Below are positions 28,115 to 38,127 of a stretch of 64,000 bases of DNA, piece after piece. Location of the stretch: positions 3,309,663 through 3,373,662 of the forward strand of contig CAWJYM010000004.1 in the NCBI GenBank assembly GCA_963847125.1, given 5' to 3'. Every line of letters starts with the position of its first letter. Position 1 is the first letter of the stretch. The DNA comes from an uncultured Acidobacteriota bacterium. GTDB taxonomy: Bacteria; Acidobacteriota; Vicinamibacteria; Vicinamibacterales; 2-12-FULL-66-21. The notes beneath the pieces are model-generated. The model had not been told where the DNA came from and did not search any database. It worked only from the letters and a program-made list of their open reading frames with translations. Made by a program: the position numbers and the translations under genes.

Positions 28115-28934
28115 CGCGGCTCCGGAGGCGCGCTTCCGATTCCTCGTCGGCGGGAAAGAACGTTTCGATCCTGAGCTCCTGGAGCGTCACGTCTTGCGGG
28201 GTCCCGAGGGTCATGATCGCGCTGAAGAGCCGAATCTCCAGATCCGGGGCCTTGAGGTGCACCGGCAACAACAGCTCCGTCGTGCCAGGCGCGTTGGCCC
28301 GCGCGGAAGGGCCGGCGAGCTGCCTGACCTCGGCCAGCAGCGCGGCCGCGGTCTCGTCGTCCTTGGATTCGGTCAGCTCGTGCTCCGCCCGGCTCCACAG
28401 GTACCGTGCGACCTGATCCCAGTTCACGATGAAACGGCGCAGACCCTGCGGGTGGAACACCATGCGCAGCAGATTCGGCGTGCCCGTCGACAATGCCGGG
28501 TCGACGAGCGCCCCGAGCAGCGCCCGTGATGCCTCGTTTGCCATCAACAAATTGGAATAGCGATCGAGCACGACCGCGCCGTACGGCTCGTGGCGGTCGA
28601 GGATGAACTGCAGCACGCCCCGGATATGCCGCATCTCCTCGGCGGCGAGCGGCGTCTGGCGATAGACGTGCGCGTACCCGCCTGCCTCGAGCAGCCGGTT
28701 GCGCTCACGAAGCGGGACGTCGAGCGTTTCAGCCAGCGCGATGAGCGCTTGCCGGCTCGGTTGCGTCCGGCCGGTTTCGATGAAGCTGACGTGGCGGGAG
28801 GAGAATCCGGCGCGCATCGCGAGGTCGAGCTGGCTCAGGCCGCGGCTGGCCCGCCACTCGCGCAGCAGACGGCCGACCGGACTCGCCTGCCGCGTCGCAT
28901 CGGACTCCGCCGAGGTCAATGACTCTGGGGTCAT
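28095..28934 (-). CDS. XRE-family HTH regulator with MmyB-like ligand-binding domain
   Basis: The HTH is LLREWRASRGLSQLDLAMRAGFSSRHVSFIETGRTQPS, followed by an MmyB-like C-terminal region. The 3' end overlaps arsC by 20 nt (convergent). Confidence 0.8.
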   Translation of the reverse strand: MTPESLTSAESDATRQASPVGRLLREWRASRGLSQLDLAMRAGFSSRHVSFIETGRTQPSRQALIALAETLDVPLRERNRLLEAGGYAHVYRQTPLAAEEMRHIRGVLQFILDRHEPYGAVVLDRYSNLLMANEASRALLGALVDPALSTGTPNLLRMVFHPQGLRRFIVNWDQVARYLWSRAEHELTESKDDETAAALLAEVRQLAGPSARANAPGTTELLLPVHLKAPDLEIRLFSAIMTLGTPQDVTLQELRIETFFPADEESEARLRSRVTSPSR

Positions 28935-29033
28935 GACGACATGCTACCCGCACGCCCTGCAACCGCACCATTACCTCTGAGGTAATTGCCGGCGATCGCG
29001 GCGTCAGCGATCCTCCTCGTCAAGGAGACACAT

Positions 29034-29426
29034 ATGACGCCCCATCGCATTCTCCAGGTCAACGCGTTGTCGACGGCAGTGTCCGCGGTCGCCTTGCTCG
29101 CGGGACGCGGGATCCTCCCTCGCTTTTTCGGTTTGGCCAGTCCGCTTCTCCTCGACGTTGTGGCGGTGGGATTTCTGGCCTATGCAGGCGCGCTCGCGCT
29201 GACGGCGAGACGCCGGCCGGTGAACCGACAGGCGCTCATGGCATTCGCCGTCGCCGATGCCGTGTGGGTCGTCGGCAGCGCGGCCGCACTCTTGATGTTC
29301 TGGCAGCACATGGAGCCGCTCGGACGGATCCTGATCGTTGCCGTGGCGCTTGTGGTCGAGGTGTTTGCCACGCTGCAGTTCCGCGCGGCGGGTGCCATCA
29401 AGCGCGAATACCCTCAGCCGGCTTGA
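29034..29426 (+). CDS. Hypothetical integral membrane protein
   Basis: ATG 29034 is preceded by AAGGAGA. The protein has about four hydrophobic segments and is divergent from the MmyB-like regulator. Confidence 0.6.
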   Translation: MTPHRILQVNALSTAVSAVALLAGRGILPRFFGLASPLLLDVVAVGFLAYAGALALTARRRPVNRQALMAFAVADAVWVVGSAAALLMFWQHMEPLGRILIVAVALVVEVFATLQFRAAGAIKREYPQPA

Positions 29427-30045
29427 GCGACGCGAGCCAGAGGCGCGCCTGGGTCACGTCACGCTGCGTCAGGTGGTGGCCGGCCGGCTGCACCTCGACC
29501 GTCACGTCGGCCCCTGCCGCGCGAAGGAGGCCGGCGAGCCGTTCGGTTTCCGCGGCGGAAATGAGGGGATCGGAGGCGCCGTTCGACAGCAGCACGGAGA
29601 CGCCGCCTGCCGCCGGCGGCGCCTCGGGAACGAAGGGCACCATCGCGCGGAAGAGGACGGCGGCCGCGAGGACGCTCGGTCGTGACAACAGCAGGCTGGC
29701 CGCGATGTTCGCGCCATTCGAAAAGCCGACGGCGATGACGCGCCGCGCATCGAACGTGTAGTGCTCCGCCGCCTCGGCGACGAAGTCGGCGAGCTCACTC
29801 GTCCGTCGCTTGAGATCCTCCTCGTCGAAGACACCCTCCGCCAGCCGGCGGAAGAACCGCGGCATGCCCTGCTCGAGGACCTTGCCCCGAGGGCTGAGCA
29901 TGCCGGCGTCGGGCATCAGATTCTTCCCGAGCGGCAGGAGATCGTTCTCGTCGCCGCCGGTGCCGTGCAGCAGGAGCAACGTCGGCGCATCGGCGCGGGC
30001 CGGCGTCTCGTAGCGATGGATGAACGAGAGCGACACGTCGCTCAT
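29398..30045 (-). CDS. Phospholipase/carboxylesterase-family alpha/beta hydrolase (MhqD-like)
   Basis: It starts at MSDVSLSFIH. LLLLHGTGGDENDL and the nucleophile elbow VGFSNGA are present. The start forms an ATGA overlap with the upstream dioxygenase stop. The longer ORF in the track is an extension. Confidence 0.8.
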   Translation of the reverse strand: MSDVSLSFIHRYETPARADAPTLLLLHGTGGDENDLLPLGKNLMPDAGMLSPRGKVLEQGMPRFFRRLAEGVFDEEDLKRRTSELADFVAEAAEHYTFDARRVIAVGFSNGANIAASLLLSRPSVLAAAVLFRAMVPFVPEAPPAAGGVSVLLSNGASDPLISAAETERLAGLLRAAGADVTVEVQPAGHHLTQRDVTQARLWLASLKPAEGIRA

Positions 30046-30992
30046 CGCGCGTGCGCCGCCGTGTCCAGCCGGAGCGGCGGCAGCGCCCGCTGAATGGAGG
30101 CGCGGTGCGTCTCGAGCCACGGCGGCAGCACGAGGGACTCTCCGAGGTGCGCCGGATCTTCGTCGACGGCGAAGCCCGGCCCGTCGGTCGCCAGCTCGAA
30201 GAGGACGCCACCCGGCTCCTTGAAGTACACCGATTTGAACCAGAAGCGATCGATGACGGGCGTCGCGCGCGCGCCGCCCGACTCTACACGCGCGCGCATT
30301 CTGGCCTGGTGCTCGTCGTCGGCGACCCGCCACGCCAGATGGTGCACGCTGCCGATGCCCCACATCCCGCGCTGCGCTTCGGGCGTGTCACGCAGATCGA
30401 CGACGCCTGCGGCGTCGGGAAACCCGTAGCGCGTCCAGCCGTTCTCGCGCGCCAGTTCCTGGAAGCCGAGCACGTCGGTCAGGAACCCGGCGGTGACGCC
30501 CGCCTCGCGCTCCCACACCTGGGCGCCGAAGAGCCCGCGGATTTGCCGCTCGGGCGGGACCGCGCTCCCCTCCCACGGCGTGAACGGTCGCTTCGAGTCG
30601 CCTTCGACCAGCGCGACGTGAAGCCCGTGCGGGTCGTCGAAGGCGAGCACGTTCTGACCGAACCGCGTTTCCGATCGGATGCTGCCGACCCCGTATCCCT
30701 CGAGGCGGGCGCCCCAGAACGCGACCGAGTCGTGAGGCACCTCGAGGCCGACCTCCATGGCGAGTCCGTGTCCGGCACGCGACGGCGCGAGCTGGGCCCA
30801 CGGAAAGAACGTCAGATCGGTCCCGGGGTTTCCCTCCCCGTCCGCATAGAAGAGGTGGTATGTGCCGGGGTCATCCTGATTGACGCTTCGCTTCACGAGG
30901 CGCATCCCGAGCACGCCGGCGTAGAAGTCGAGATTCTCCTGCGCCGGGCCGGCGATCGCCGTGATGTGATGGAGGCCATTGACGCGATCCAT
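30042..30992 (-). CDS. Ring-cleaving dioxygenase, glyoxalase/VOC superfamily (MhqO-like)
   Basis: It starts at MDRVNGLHHITAIAG and has duplicated VOC modules (HHITAIAG..., VHHLAWRV...). FYAGVLGMRLVKRSVNQDDPGTYHLFY is present. Confidence 0.85.
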   Translation of the reverse strand: MDRVNGLHHITAIAGPAQENLDFYAGVLGMRLVKRSVNQDDPGTYHLFYADGEGNPGTDLTFFPWAQLAPSRAGHGLAMEVGLEVPHDSVAFWGARLEGYGVGSIRSETRFGQNVLAFDDPHGLHVALVEGDSKRPFTPWEGSAVPPERQIRGLFGAQVWEREAGVTAGFLTDVLGFQELARENGWTRYGFPDAAGVVDLRDTPEAQRGMWGIGSVHHLAWRVADDEHQARMRARVESGGARATPVIDRFWFKSVYFKEPGGVLFELATDGPGFAVDEDPAHLGESLVLPPWLETHRASIQRALPPLRLDTAAHAR

Positions 30993-31020
30993 GGGTCCCG
31001 TCCCTTGTTGTTGTGCTGAT

Positions 31021-31052
31021 GATCTGCGTTCATGTGCGTGAATCTGCGGCTT
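31021..31052. repeat. Triple tandem decamer, family B copy 2 (GATCTGCGTT CATGTGCGTG AATCTGCGGC tt)
   Basis: It has the same organisation and orientation as 15054-15085. It abuts the glpQ stop codon and lies 29 nt upstream of the dioxygenase start on the minus strand. Confidence 0.6.
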
Positions 31053-31983
31053 ACCTGCGAGGGAATTGATCCGGATTGTCGGTAAAGACCGCGTCCACAC
31101 CGTAGTCGTACAGGAACTTTGCCATCTCGTCCTTTACGGACGGGTAGGTGCCCGTGTTGGAAGACCGGAACGTCCACGGGGTGACCGTGAGGCCCGCCGC
31201 GTGCGCCCACTTTACCAGCTCGGGCCGCATCTCCACGATCGCCTTGTTCGGTCCAAGCCCGGTGGCCCACGTCGCGATCTCCCGGAGCTTTTCGGCCGAA
31301 TCGACGCGATCGATCGCACGCGCTTCCACGAGGAACACGCGCGGCACGCCGGTCAGATCCCTCGCCAGGTGCTTGAGCGTCGTGTCGTCGAACGACTGGA
31401 CGATCACCGGCGTCGCGGAATTCCTGACGAGCGAGTTGCTCGTCAGCGCGGCCGCGAGCAGCTTTTCGGGACTGACGCCGCGCGTGCGGTAGAACTCGGG
31501 GTCCTTCAGCTCCGGATACAACCCCGCCTTGCCGCGGACCAGATCGACGGCCTCCTGGAAGGTGGGCACCCGCGCGCCGGCGAACTTCTGGTCGAACCAC
31601 GCGCCGGCGTCGAGGCGCTTGATCTCGGCGACCGTGAAGTCGTGGACCGGCCAGCGACGTGCCGTCGCGCCGCCGCTCGTGTCCTGGACGAACCGATCCG
31701 GAAAGACCTCCTCGACGTTCGTGGTGCGTTCGAGCGTGAGGTCATGAATGCACACGAGCACGCCGTCCTTGGAGACCGCCAGGTCCTGTTCGACGAAATC
31801 GGCCCCCTGCGCCAGCGCCAGCCGATACGCATCGAGCGTGTGCTCGGGCGCGTACGATGACGCGCCCCGGTGCGCGATGAGCTGCTTCTTCTCCGGCGGC
31901 GCTGTCAATGCAACACAGGCAATCAGGCCTAGCGTGATAGTGCGCACGGTTTCGAGCCCCAGTCCCCAAGCCCCATGCCCCAA
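31051..31983 (-). CDS. glpQ: Glycerophosphodiester phosphodiesterase (probable lipoprotein)
   Basis: [18 protein letters not shown] and [17 protein letters not shown] are present. A possible lipobox GLIAC is seen. An alternative GTG start lies at 31947. Confidence 0.88.
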   Translation of the reverse strand: MGHGAWGLGLETVRTITLGLIACVALTAPPEKKQLIAHRGASSYAPEHTLDAYRLALAQGADFVEQDLAVSKDGVLVCIHDLTLERTTNVEEVFPDRFVQDTSGGATARRWPVHDFTVAEIKRLDAGAWFDQKFAGARVPTFQEAVDLVRGKAGLYPELKDPEFYRTRGVSPEKLLAAALTSNSLVRNSATPVIVQSFDDTTLKHLARDLTGVPRVFLVEARAIDRVDSAEKLREIATWATGLGPNKAIVEMRPELVKWAHAAGLTVTPWTFRSSNTGTYPSVKDEMAKFLYDYGVDAVFTDNPDQFPRR

Positions 31984-31986
31984 GCT

Positions 31987-34900
31987 CTAGAAACTCAGCT
32001 TCACGCCGAGCTGGAGCTGACGGGCGTCGTAGGTCGACGTGATCGTGCCGAACGCACCCTGGCTGCGGTTGCCGTTGGGGCCTCGGAAGTTGGATCGATT
32101 CAGGAGATTGAACGTCTCGAACCGAATCTGCAGCCTGGTGTCGTGGCCGACCGGGAGTGTGAAGTCCTTGGACGCCACGAAATCCAGCTGCCAGAACCAC
32201 GGCCCGCGCACGCTGTTGCGTTCGGCGTTGCCGAAGGGCTGGCTGGGATCGGTCGGCAGCACCACGTTGGCTGGATTCAGGTAGCTCGTCACCGAGCTCG
32301 TGTCGCCATAGGGATCGCCGACGACGTTCGGACGGTAGTTGTTCGCGCCGCGGAAGTCCTGCTGAATGCCGGAGACCTGGAAGGCTGCGGCCGGCGTGTA
32401 GACCAGGTTGACCGGTTCGCCCGATGTCATCGTGTTGATGCCGCCGATCGTCCATCCGCCGAGGAGCGCGTCCGTGAGAGCGCCCGCGTCTGACAGCCAC
32501 CGCTGGCCGCGGCCGACGGGCACTTCCCAGACGAAGCTCGTCGTGTTGTTGATCGGCTGATCGTACGGGGAGGTCCCGTAGTCGGCGTCGAGATTGTAAA
32601 AGTCCTGCGGCGCCGGGAAGTTGCCGTTCGGCCCCTCGAGCGATCCGGCCCCGTTGTCCCTGGCCTTCGACCAGGTCAGCGCGTTCAGGAACATCAGGCC
32701 CTGCCGCATCCGGTACTCGTACTTCACCTGCAGGCTGTTGTACCTGGACTTGCCGCCGTTGAAGGAGTACGTGATGTCGGCGAACTCGGGAATCGGGCGG
32801 CGTGCCTGGAGCGGGATGGTTCCCTGCGGATTGTTCGGGCTCGCCTGGTTGAAGTTCGCGAACAGCAACAAGCCGTCTGCACGATTGCCGACGTAGGCGA
32901 CGTCGACGACCATGTTGCGCGCGATCTCGCGCTGGACCGAGATGTAGTAGCTCTGCACCCGGCTCGACCGGTAGTCCTCGGGCATGTAGGTGATATTGGC
33001 CGCCAGCGGGTTGAACCGCGACGGATCCGCGAAGCGATCGGGATATCCCGCCTGCGTGGTCCGGAACGCCGCGTCCAACGGGTTGGTCTGGGTGGCGACG
33101 GCGTTGACGACCTGCGGGCCGTTGATCGACAGGATGTTCGCGGCGCCAGCGCGATGGAAGTGCACGTAGCTCACGCCGTACCCGCCGCGGACCACCGTCA
33201 GCTCGAGCGGCGACCAGGCGAAGCCGAGCCTCGGGCCGAAGTTGTTGCGATCCGGCTGGATGAGCGCCCGATCTTCCAGCGAGCCGTCGCGCGCGAACAG
33301 CATGGCGCGCGCGTCAGGGTCGAAGTTCGAGAGGAGATTGTCCGTCTCCCAGTGCGGCGTCGCGTACTCGTAACGCAACCCGAGGTTCAGCGTCAGGCTG
33401 TCGTTCAGGCGGAAATCATCCTGGACGTAGGTGAAGTGCATCTGCTGGCGAAGGTTGGCTATCAGGATGTTGCTGAGCGCGTACTGATTCCGCAGCCCGA
33501 ACATGAAGTCCGCGAGGTTGTACAGGTTGTTCGCCGCCGCTCCGGCGGGCCGGGTGAACTGTCCGGTGTAGGCGTCCCGTCCGTAGAGCGGGTTGACGTC
33601 CTGCACTTCCGTGCCGATGTGCTGGAATTCGTACCCGGTCTTGAGCGAGTGCCGGCCCGCCACCCATGTGTAGTTGATCTTCGGATTCCACAACTCGGGA
33701 TACTGCCACTGGGGGTTCGTGGCCTGACGCCCCAGATCCGAGAAGCCGGTGATGAGCTGCGTCGGCAGCCCGCCGGCGATTCGCGGGTCGGTGGGAAGAC
33801 CGGCGATCCCGTACGCGTCGAGCGCCCCCTGTGAGCCCAGCGCCAGCGGGTCCTTGCCGGCTCGGGTGCGAGACCAGCCGAACCGCCCTTCGAGCAGGGA
33901 CGTCGCCGAGCGCGCCCACGTGAACCCGGCGGCGAACTGTTTGTTCGCGACGTAGGTCAGCCCGTTCCCGCTCCCGCCCGAGGGCAGCGGCAGCGGCGGA
34001 TTGTCCACGAGCTCCGCGTCGCGATAGCCGAAACGCCCGAACGTCGTCAGGGCCGCATTGATCTGGAAATCGGCCTTCGCGCTGAACTTGTCGGTCGTGT
34101 TGCTGAACTCCTGGAGAATCGAGTAGTTGTTCGACGCGGCGCTCGAGGTCGGGTCCGGCAGCTCCGACAAGACCTTGCGCGCGAAGGAGGTCATCGGAAT
34201 CGGCGCGCCGGCCGGGTACGTGATGCCGGTCTGCGGATTGCGCACCGCCACGGACAGGATGCCCTGGCGCTGCACCGGGTTCGGGATGGTCTGGAACGCC
34301 ACGTTCTTCCGCGTCTGACGGAACCCCTCGTAGTCGGTGAAGAAGAACGCCCGGTTCCTCCGGAACGGCCCGCCGAACGTGAGGCCGAACTGGTCGCGGC
34401 TGAGCGGCGGTTTCTCGCCGTTTGCCGGGAGGAAGAACCCGGTCGCGTTCAGGCTCGTGTCACGGAAGAACTCCCACGCCGCGCCGCGAAAGCTGTTCGT
34501 GCCGCTGCGCGACGCCACGTTGATGACTCCCCCCGCGCTCCGGCCGTACTCGGCGCTCATGTTGTTCGTCACGACTTTGAATTCGGCCACGGCGTCGGGC
34601 GACGGCTGCATCACCTGGTTCGAGAAGCCCTGATTGCTCGTGCCGTAGGCGTTGTTGTCGATGCCGTCGAGCAGGAAGTTGTTCACCGTGCTGCGGAGCC
34701 CGTTGATGTTGAACGAGCCTTCCCGCACCGTCGACGCCGAGCCGGTGTTGAGCGCCGAGAGCCGGACGCCGGGGCTGAGCAGCGCGAGCGAGGAGTACTC
34801 CCGGCCGTTCAACGGCAGCTCGACCGCCTGCTCGCCGGTGATCAGCTGCCCGCGCTGGCTCGAGTCGGTCTCGAGCAAGGGGGACGCGCCGATGACCTCG

Positions 34901-35265
34901 ACCGTCTCGGTGAGCGCGCCGGGCGTGAGCCGCAGATCGACCCGCTGGCGCGCGCCGACCGTGACCTGCACGTCATCCGCGACCGCGACGGAGAAACCCT
35001 GCAGCTCGGCCGACACTTTGTAGCGGCCCACACGGACCGTCATGAACTCGTAGTTTCCATGGTCGTCCGTGACCCGGCTGAGGACGATATTCGTCTCGAG
35101 GTTGGTCAGCGTGACCGTGGCGCCGGGGACGACCGCGCCCGCGCTGTCCTTGATCGTACCGACCACGGAGGCCGTATCGAACTGGGCGTAGGCCTCCGGC
35201 GCGGCGAGCAGCGCGAGGGCGAACGTCAACGTGGCGATTGTGGAGCGTGTCATGCGCGGCACCAT
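31987..35265 (-). CDS. TonB-dependent receptor with N-terminal carboxypeptidase-regulatory-like domain
   Basis: It has a signal peptide (...LLAAPEAYAQ) and a CarboxypepD_reg-like strand pattern (GTIKDSAGAVVPGATVTLTN...TDDHGNYEF). A plug and a long beta-barrel end in LGVKLSF. The start is 35265, 35253 or TTG 35280. Confidence 0.9.
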   Translation of the reverse strand: MVPRMTRSTIATLTFALALLAAPEAYAQFDTASVVGTIKDSAGAVVPGATVTLTNLETNIVLSRVTDDHGNYEFMTVRVGRYKVSAELQGFSVAVADDVQVTVGARQRVDLRLTPGALTETVEVIGASPLLETDSSQRGQLITGEQAVELPLNGREYSSLALLSPGVRLSALNTGSASTVREGSFNINGLRSTVNNFLLDGIDNNAYGTSNQGFSNQVMQPSPDAVAEFKVVTNNMSAEYGRSAGGVINVASRSGTNSFRGAAWEFFRDTSLNATGFFLPANGEKPPLSRDQFGLTFGGPFRRNRAFFFTDYEGFRQTRKNVAFQTIPNPVQRQGILSVAVRNPQTGITYPAGAPIPMTSFARKVLSELPDPTSSAASNNYSILQEFSNTTDKFSAKADFQINAALTTFGRFGYRDAELVDNPPLPLPSGGSGNGLTYVANKQFAAGFTWARSATSLLEGRFGWSRTRAGKDPLALGSQGALDAYGIAGLPTDPRIAGGLPTQLITGFSDLGRQATNPQWQYPELWNPKINYTWVAGRHSLKTGYEFQHIGTEVQDVNPLYGRDAYTGQFTRPAGAAANNLYNLADFMFGLRNQYALSNILIANLRQQMHFTYVQDDFRLNDSLTLNLGLRYEYATPHWETDNLLSNFDPDARAMLFARDGSLEDRALIQPDRNNFGPRLGFAWSPLELTVVRGGYGVSYVHFHRAGAANILSINGPQVVNAVATQTNPLDAAFRTTQAGYPDRFADPSRFNPLAANITYMPEDYRSSRVQSYYISVQREIARNMVVDVAYVGNRADGLLLFANFNQASPNNPQGTIPLQARRPIPEFADITYSFNGGKSRYNSLQVKYEYRMRQGLMFLNALTWSKARDNGAGSLEGPNGNFPAPQDFYNLDADYGTSPYDQPINNTTSFVWEVPVGRGQRWLSDAGALTDALLGGWTIGGINTMTSGEPVNLVYTPAAAFQVSGIQQDFRGANNYRPNVVGDPYGDTSSVTSYLNPANVVLPTDPSQPFGNAERNSVRGPWFWQLDFVASKDFTLPVGHDTRLQIRFETFNLLNRSNFRGPNGNRSQGAFGTITSTYDARQLQLGVKLSF

Positions 35266-35349
35266 AGCAGCCCCCCGCAAAGAGCGTGTAAACGGACACG
35301 ATCCTGTCCCCGTGGGGGCGCGGCGTCAAGGCGAGAGCGAAGGGCCGTG

Positions 35350-36762
35350 TTACCGTGAGGCCGTCGGGACCGACGGCGCCGCCGGCATGCGCAGCGAGAA
35401 GAAGTCCACGAGGCGCGAGGCCGCCGGCGGATCGAGATTGGCGAGGCCCACGAGAATGTACCCGAGCTCCGGATACACGCGGAGATCGCCGTTCATCCCG
35501 GGCGCGCCGCCGCCATGGCCGTAGCGGCGCAGAGCACCTTCCCCCGACGTCCCGAACCCATAGCCGTACTGTTGCGCCTGGGGCTTCGTCGCTTCAGCCA
35601 GCATCTTTTTGGAGATCAGCTTGCCTGATTCCAGCGCCTGTGCGAACCGGAACAGGTCGCCAACCGTCGAGTACCCGCCGCCCGCGGCGGTCCCGCGCCA
35701 TGGCAGCGTGTCCGTGTTCGCGATCCACGCGCCGTCCCTTCTCATGTACCCCGTCGAACGATTGGCGAGTACCTCGGTTTCGGGAAGCGAGTCGGTGGAC
35801 GCCATGCCGGCCGGCTGAAAGACCTTGGTCCGCACGTAGTCGTAGTACGAGACACCGCTGACTTTCTCGACGAGCGCGCCGAGCAGGACGAAGCCGTAGT
35901 TCGAGTACCGATGCTCCGCTCCGGGCTGGTGGACGAGAGCGCGAGAACCGTACAGCGCCAGGTAGTCGCGATGCTCGCGAAGCGTGAGCCGGTTCTTCGT
36001 AAAGTCGGGGCCGAAGATGTCGCCGGTCCCGCCCGTGTGCGTGAGCAGGTGACGCACCGTCACCTTTGACGCCACGTCGACGTTGGGATAGTCCGTCAGA
36101 TGCTTCCCGATCGGATCCTCCAACGCGATCCTGCCCGCTTCGACCAACTGCAGCGTCGCGACCGCCGTGAACATCTTGTTCATCGATCCGATGCGGAACT
36201 GCGTGTCGACCGTGACGGGCGTCTTCGATTCGCGGTTCGCCAGACCGTACGCCCGCTGGAAAAGAACCTTCCCGTTGCGCGCCACGAGGAGAGCACCGGA
36301 GAACCGATCGTTTGTAACCGTTTCCTCGGCGCGCGATGCCAGAGCGTCCAGCGCTTCCCCTTCTGTCAGCCGGGGAAGCGCCAGGTCGGCCGGCCGCGGG
36401 ACGATACGCAGACCGAGATTCGCGATCTTGGGCGGCGTCGCCGAATCGAGCGAGAGCTCGAGCCGCGCCACGTTGTCCCCTGCCCGTTCTTTGACGAGCG
36501 CGACGAGCGTCGTCTCGTCGCTCTTCTCGACGCGTATGAGCTCGAAGCCCCCCGTGTTCTCCCGGAAATTGAGCGTCTGCTCGACCGGCGGCGGCTCGCG
36601 ACGATACGTTTCGTCGAACGACCGAATGCGCTCCCGGTCCCCTGAATTGAAGGCGTTCAACCATGCGGTGAAGACCTTGCCGGGCAGCGTGTCTGGCGCC
36701 GATGGCTGAGCTGGGACAGACGTCGCCAGCAGCAGCGCGAGGATCGTGCAACGTGCGGTCAT
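35350..36762 (-). CDS. Serine hydrolase, beta-lactamase/transpeptidase-like
   Basis: It has a signal peptide and the SxxK motif in IGSMNKMFTAV, with YSNYGF further downstream. Confidence 0.85.
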   Translation of the reverse strand: MTARCTILALLLATSVPAQPSAPDTLPGKVFTAWLNAFNSGDRERIRSFDETYRREPPPVEQTLNFRENTGGFELIRVEKSDETTLVALVKERAGDNVARLELSLDSATPPKIANLGLRIVPRPADLALPRLTEGEALDALASRAEETVTNDRFSGALLVARNGKVLFQRAYGLANRESKTPVTVDTQFRIGSMNKMFTAVATLQLVEAGRIALEDPIGKHLTDYPNVDVASKVTVRHLLTHTGGTGDIFGPDFTKNRLTLREHRDYLALYGSRALVHQPGAEHRYSNYGFVLLGALVEKVSGVSYYDYVRTKVFQPAGMASTDSLPETEVLANRSTGYMRRDGAWIANTDTLPWRGTAAGGGYSTVGDLFRFAQALESGKLISKKMLAEATKPQAQQYGYGFGTSGEGALRRYGHGGGAPGMNGDLRVYPELGYILVGLANLDPPAASRLVDFFSLRMPAAPSVPTASR

Positions 36763-36840
36763 GGGTTGAAGTCCTTCCCTGTCAGGCCAGCAGCAATCCT
36801 AGCCCATCTTCTCTTGCCGATCCTCGACCTCATCGTTAGC

Positions 36841-38127
36841 ATGGGCCGGATGGACCACCAGGGTCCGGCGCGGCCGCGCCTCTCGCGCGAGACGCGGCTG
36901 CTGCTGGTCACGATTCTGGTCGCCATGTCCGCGCTCTGGGCTCTCGCGAGGCTTCGCTTTCCAGAGCGTCAGGCAACGCCGAATCCCGTGGCGCCGCTGC
37001 TGACGCAGCTCGCCGTCTCCCCCGGGTTCGACGATCTTGCGACCCAGGTATCGGCGCTCGAATCGCGTCTGCTGCCGTCGCTCGTGCCGGTCGAGCTTGG
37101 CGGCACGTCCGCGGCGACGGCCCTGCGCGTGCGCGACGACATCGGCGCGACGCTGTTGCCCGGGTCGAATGGCGAGCCCGGCGACGCGCGGCCGGACGAT
37201 TCGAGGATCCTCGCGTATGACACAGTTACCGGACTCGCGCTCGTGCGAATTCCCGGAGCTCCCGCGCCAGAGCTCACTATCTGGTCGCCGCAGCGTCTCG
37301 ACAGGCCGCGCTACCTGTTCGCGGCCGATTTCTCGAACCGCGCGGCTTCCCTGCGGCCGGTGTTCATCGGCCGTCTGCATCCCGCGACGAACCCGGCGTG
37401 GCCGGGTGAGGTCTGGGCGCTCCCCGTTCGGACCGCGGTCGCTCCCGGCGATCTGCTGTTTACGACGGAGGGCGCCCTGGCGGGGTTGATCGTTTCCCAC
37501 GCCGGAACCTTCGCGCTGGTGCCTGGCGAAACCGTGTTGAGCGCCGCGGAACTCTTGCGCGGGCAGGGAGCTGCCCCCGCGGGCTGGCTCGGCATCGAAC
37601 TGCAGGCGCTCACGCCGCCGCTTGCGTCCGCAACGGGCGCGCGCGCCGGCGTCATCGTTTCGCGCGTGCTTCCCGACGGACCCGCGGCTGCGACACTCGG
37701 GGTGACCGACGTGATCGAGAGCGTCAACGGCGAGCCGATCGCATCGCTGGACGACTGGCGGGCCCATGCGGCCCGGATGAGGCCCGGCGGTTCCGTGACG
37801 TTGGGTGTCAGGCGAGGCGCGGAAGTCGTCACGATGACGGTCAAGGCGGCGCCGCCTCCGGGTACGACTCCCCTGCCGCTCGGACTGACGCTGCGGACGC
37901 TTCCACAGGTCGGCGCCGAAGTCCTGCAGGTTGCTGCCCGGTCCGCTGGAGCACATGCAGGCATCCTCGCCGGAGACGTGATCGTTGCGATCGGCGGGAT
38001 CCAGAAGCCGACCAGCGCCCAGGTCGCTCGTGCGTTTGCGGCCTCCCGCGACAATCGTCCCGTGATCGCGGCGATCACGCGGGGGGATCTCCACCGGGTC
38101 GTGGCCCTGGAAAAAGACACGCGATGA
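36841..38127 (+). CDS. Membrane-anchored HtrA-like protein with two PDZ domains; catalytic residues not recognisable
   Basis: It has a TM helix (LLLVTILVAMSALWALA) and a trypsin-fold-like layout (ILAYDTVTGLALVRIP...), but APGDLLFTTEGALAGLI sits where GNSGG is expected. Two PDZ-like segments follow (GWLGIELQ..., GLTLRTLP...GDVIVAIGG). Confidence 0.72.
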   Translation: MGRMDHQGPARPRLSRETRLLLVTILVAMSALWALARLRFPERQATPNPVAPLLTQLAVSPGFDDLATQVSALESRLLPSLVPVELGGTSAATALRVRDDIGATLLPGSNGEPGDARPDDSRILAYDTVTGLALVRIPGAPAPELTIWSPQRLDRPRYLFAADFSNRAASLRPVFIGRLHPATNPAWPGEVWALPVRTAVAPGDLLFTTEGALAGLIVSHAGTFALVPGETVLSAAELLRGQGAAPAGWLGIELQALTPPLASATGARAGVIVSRVLPDGPAAATLGVTDVIESVNGEPIASLDDWRAHAARMRPGGSVTLGVRRGAEVVTMTVKAAPPPGTTPLPLGLTLRTLPQVGAEVLQVAARSAGAHAGILAGDVIVAIGGIQKPTSAQVARAFAASRDNRPVIAAITRGDLHRVVALEKDTR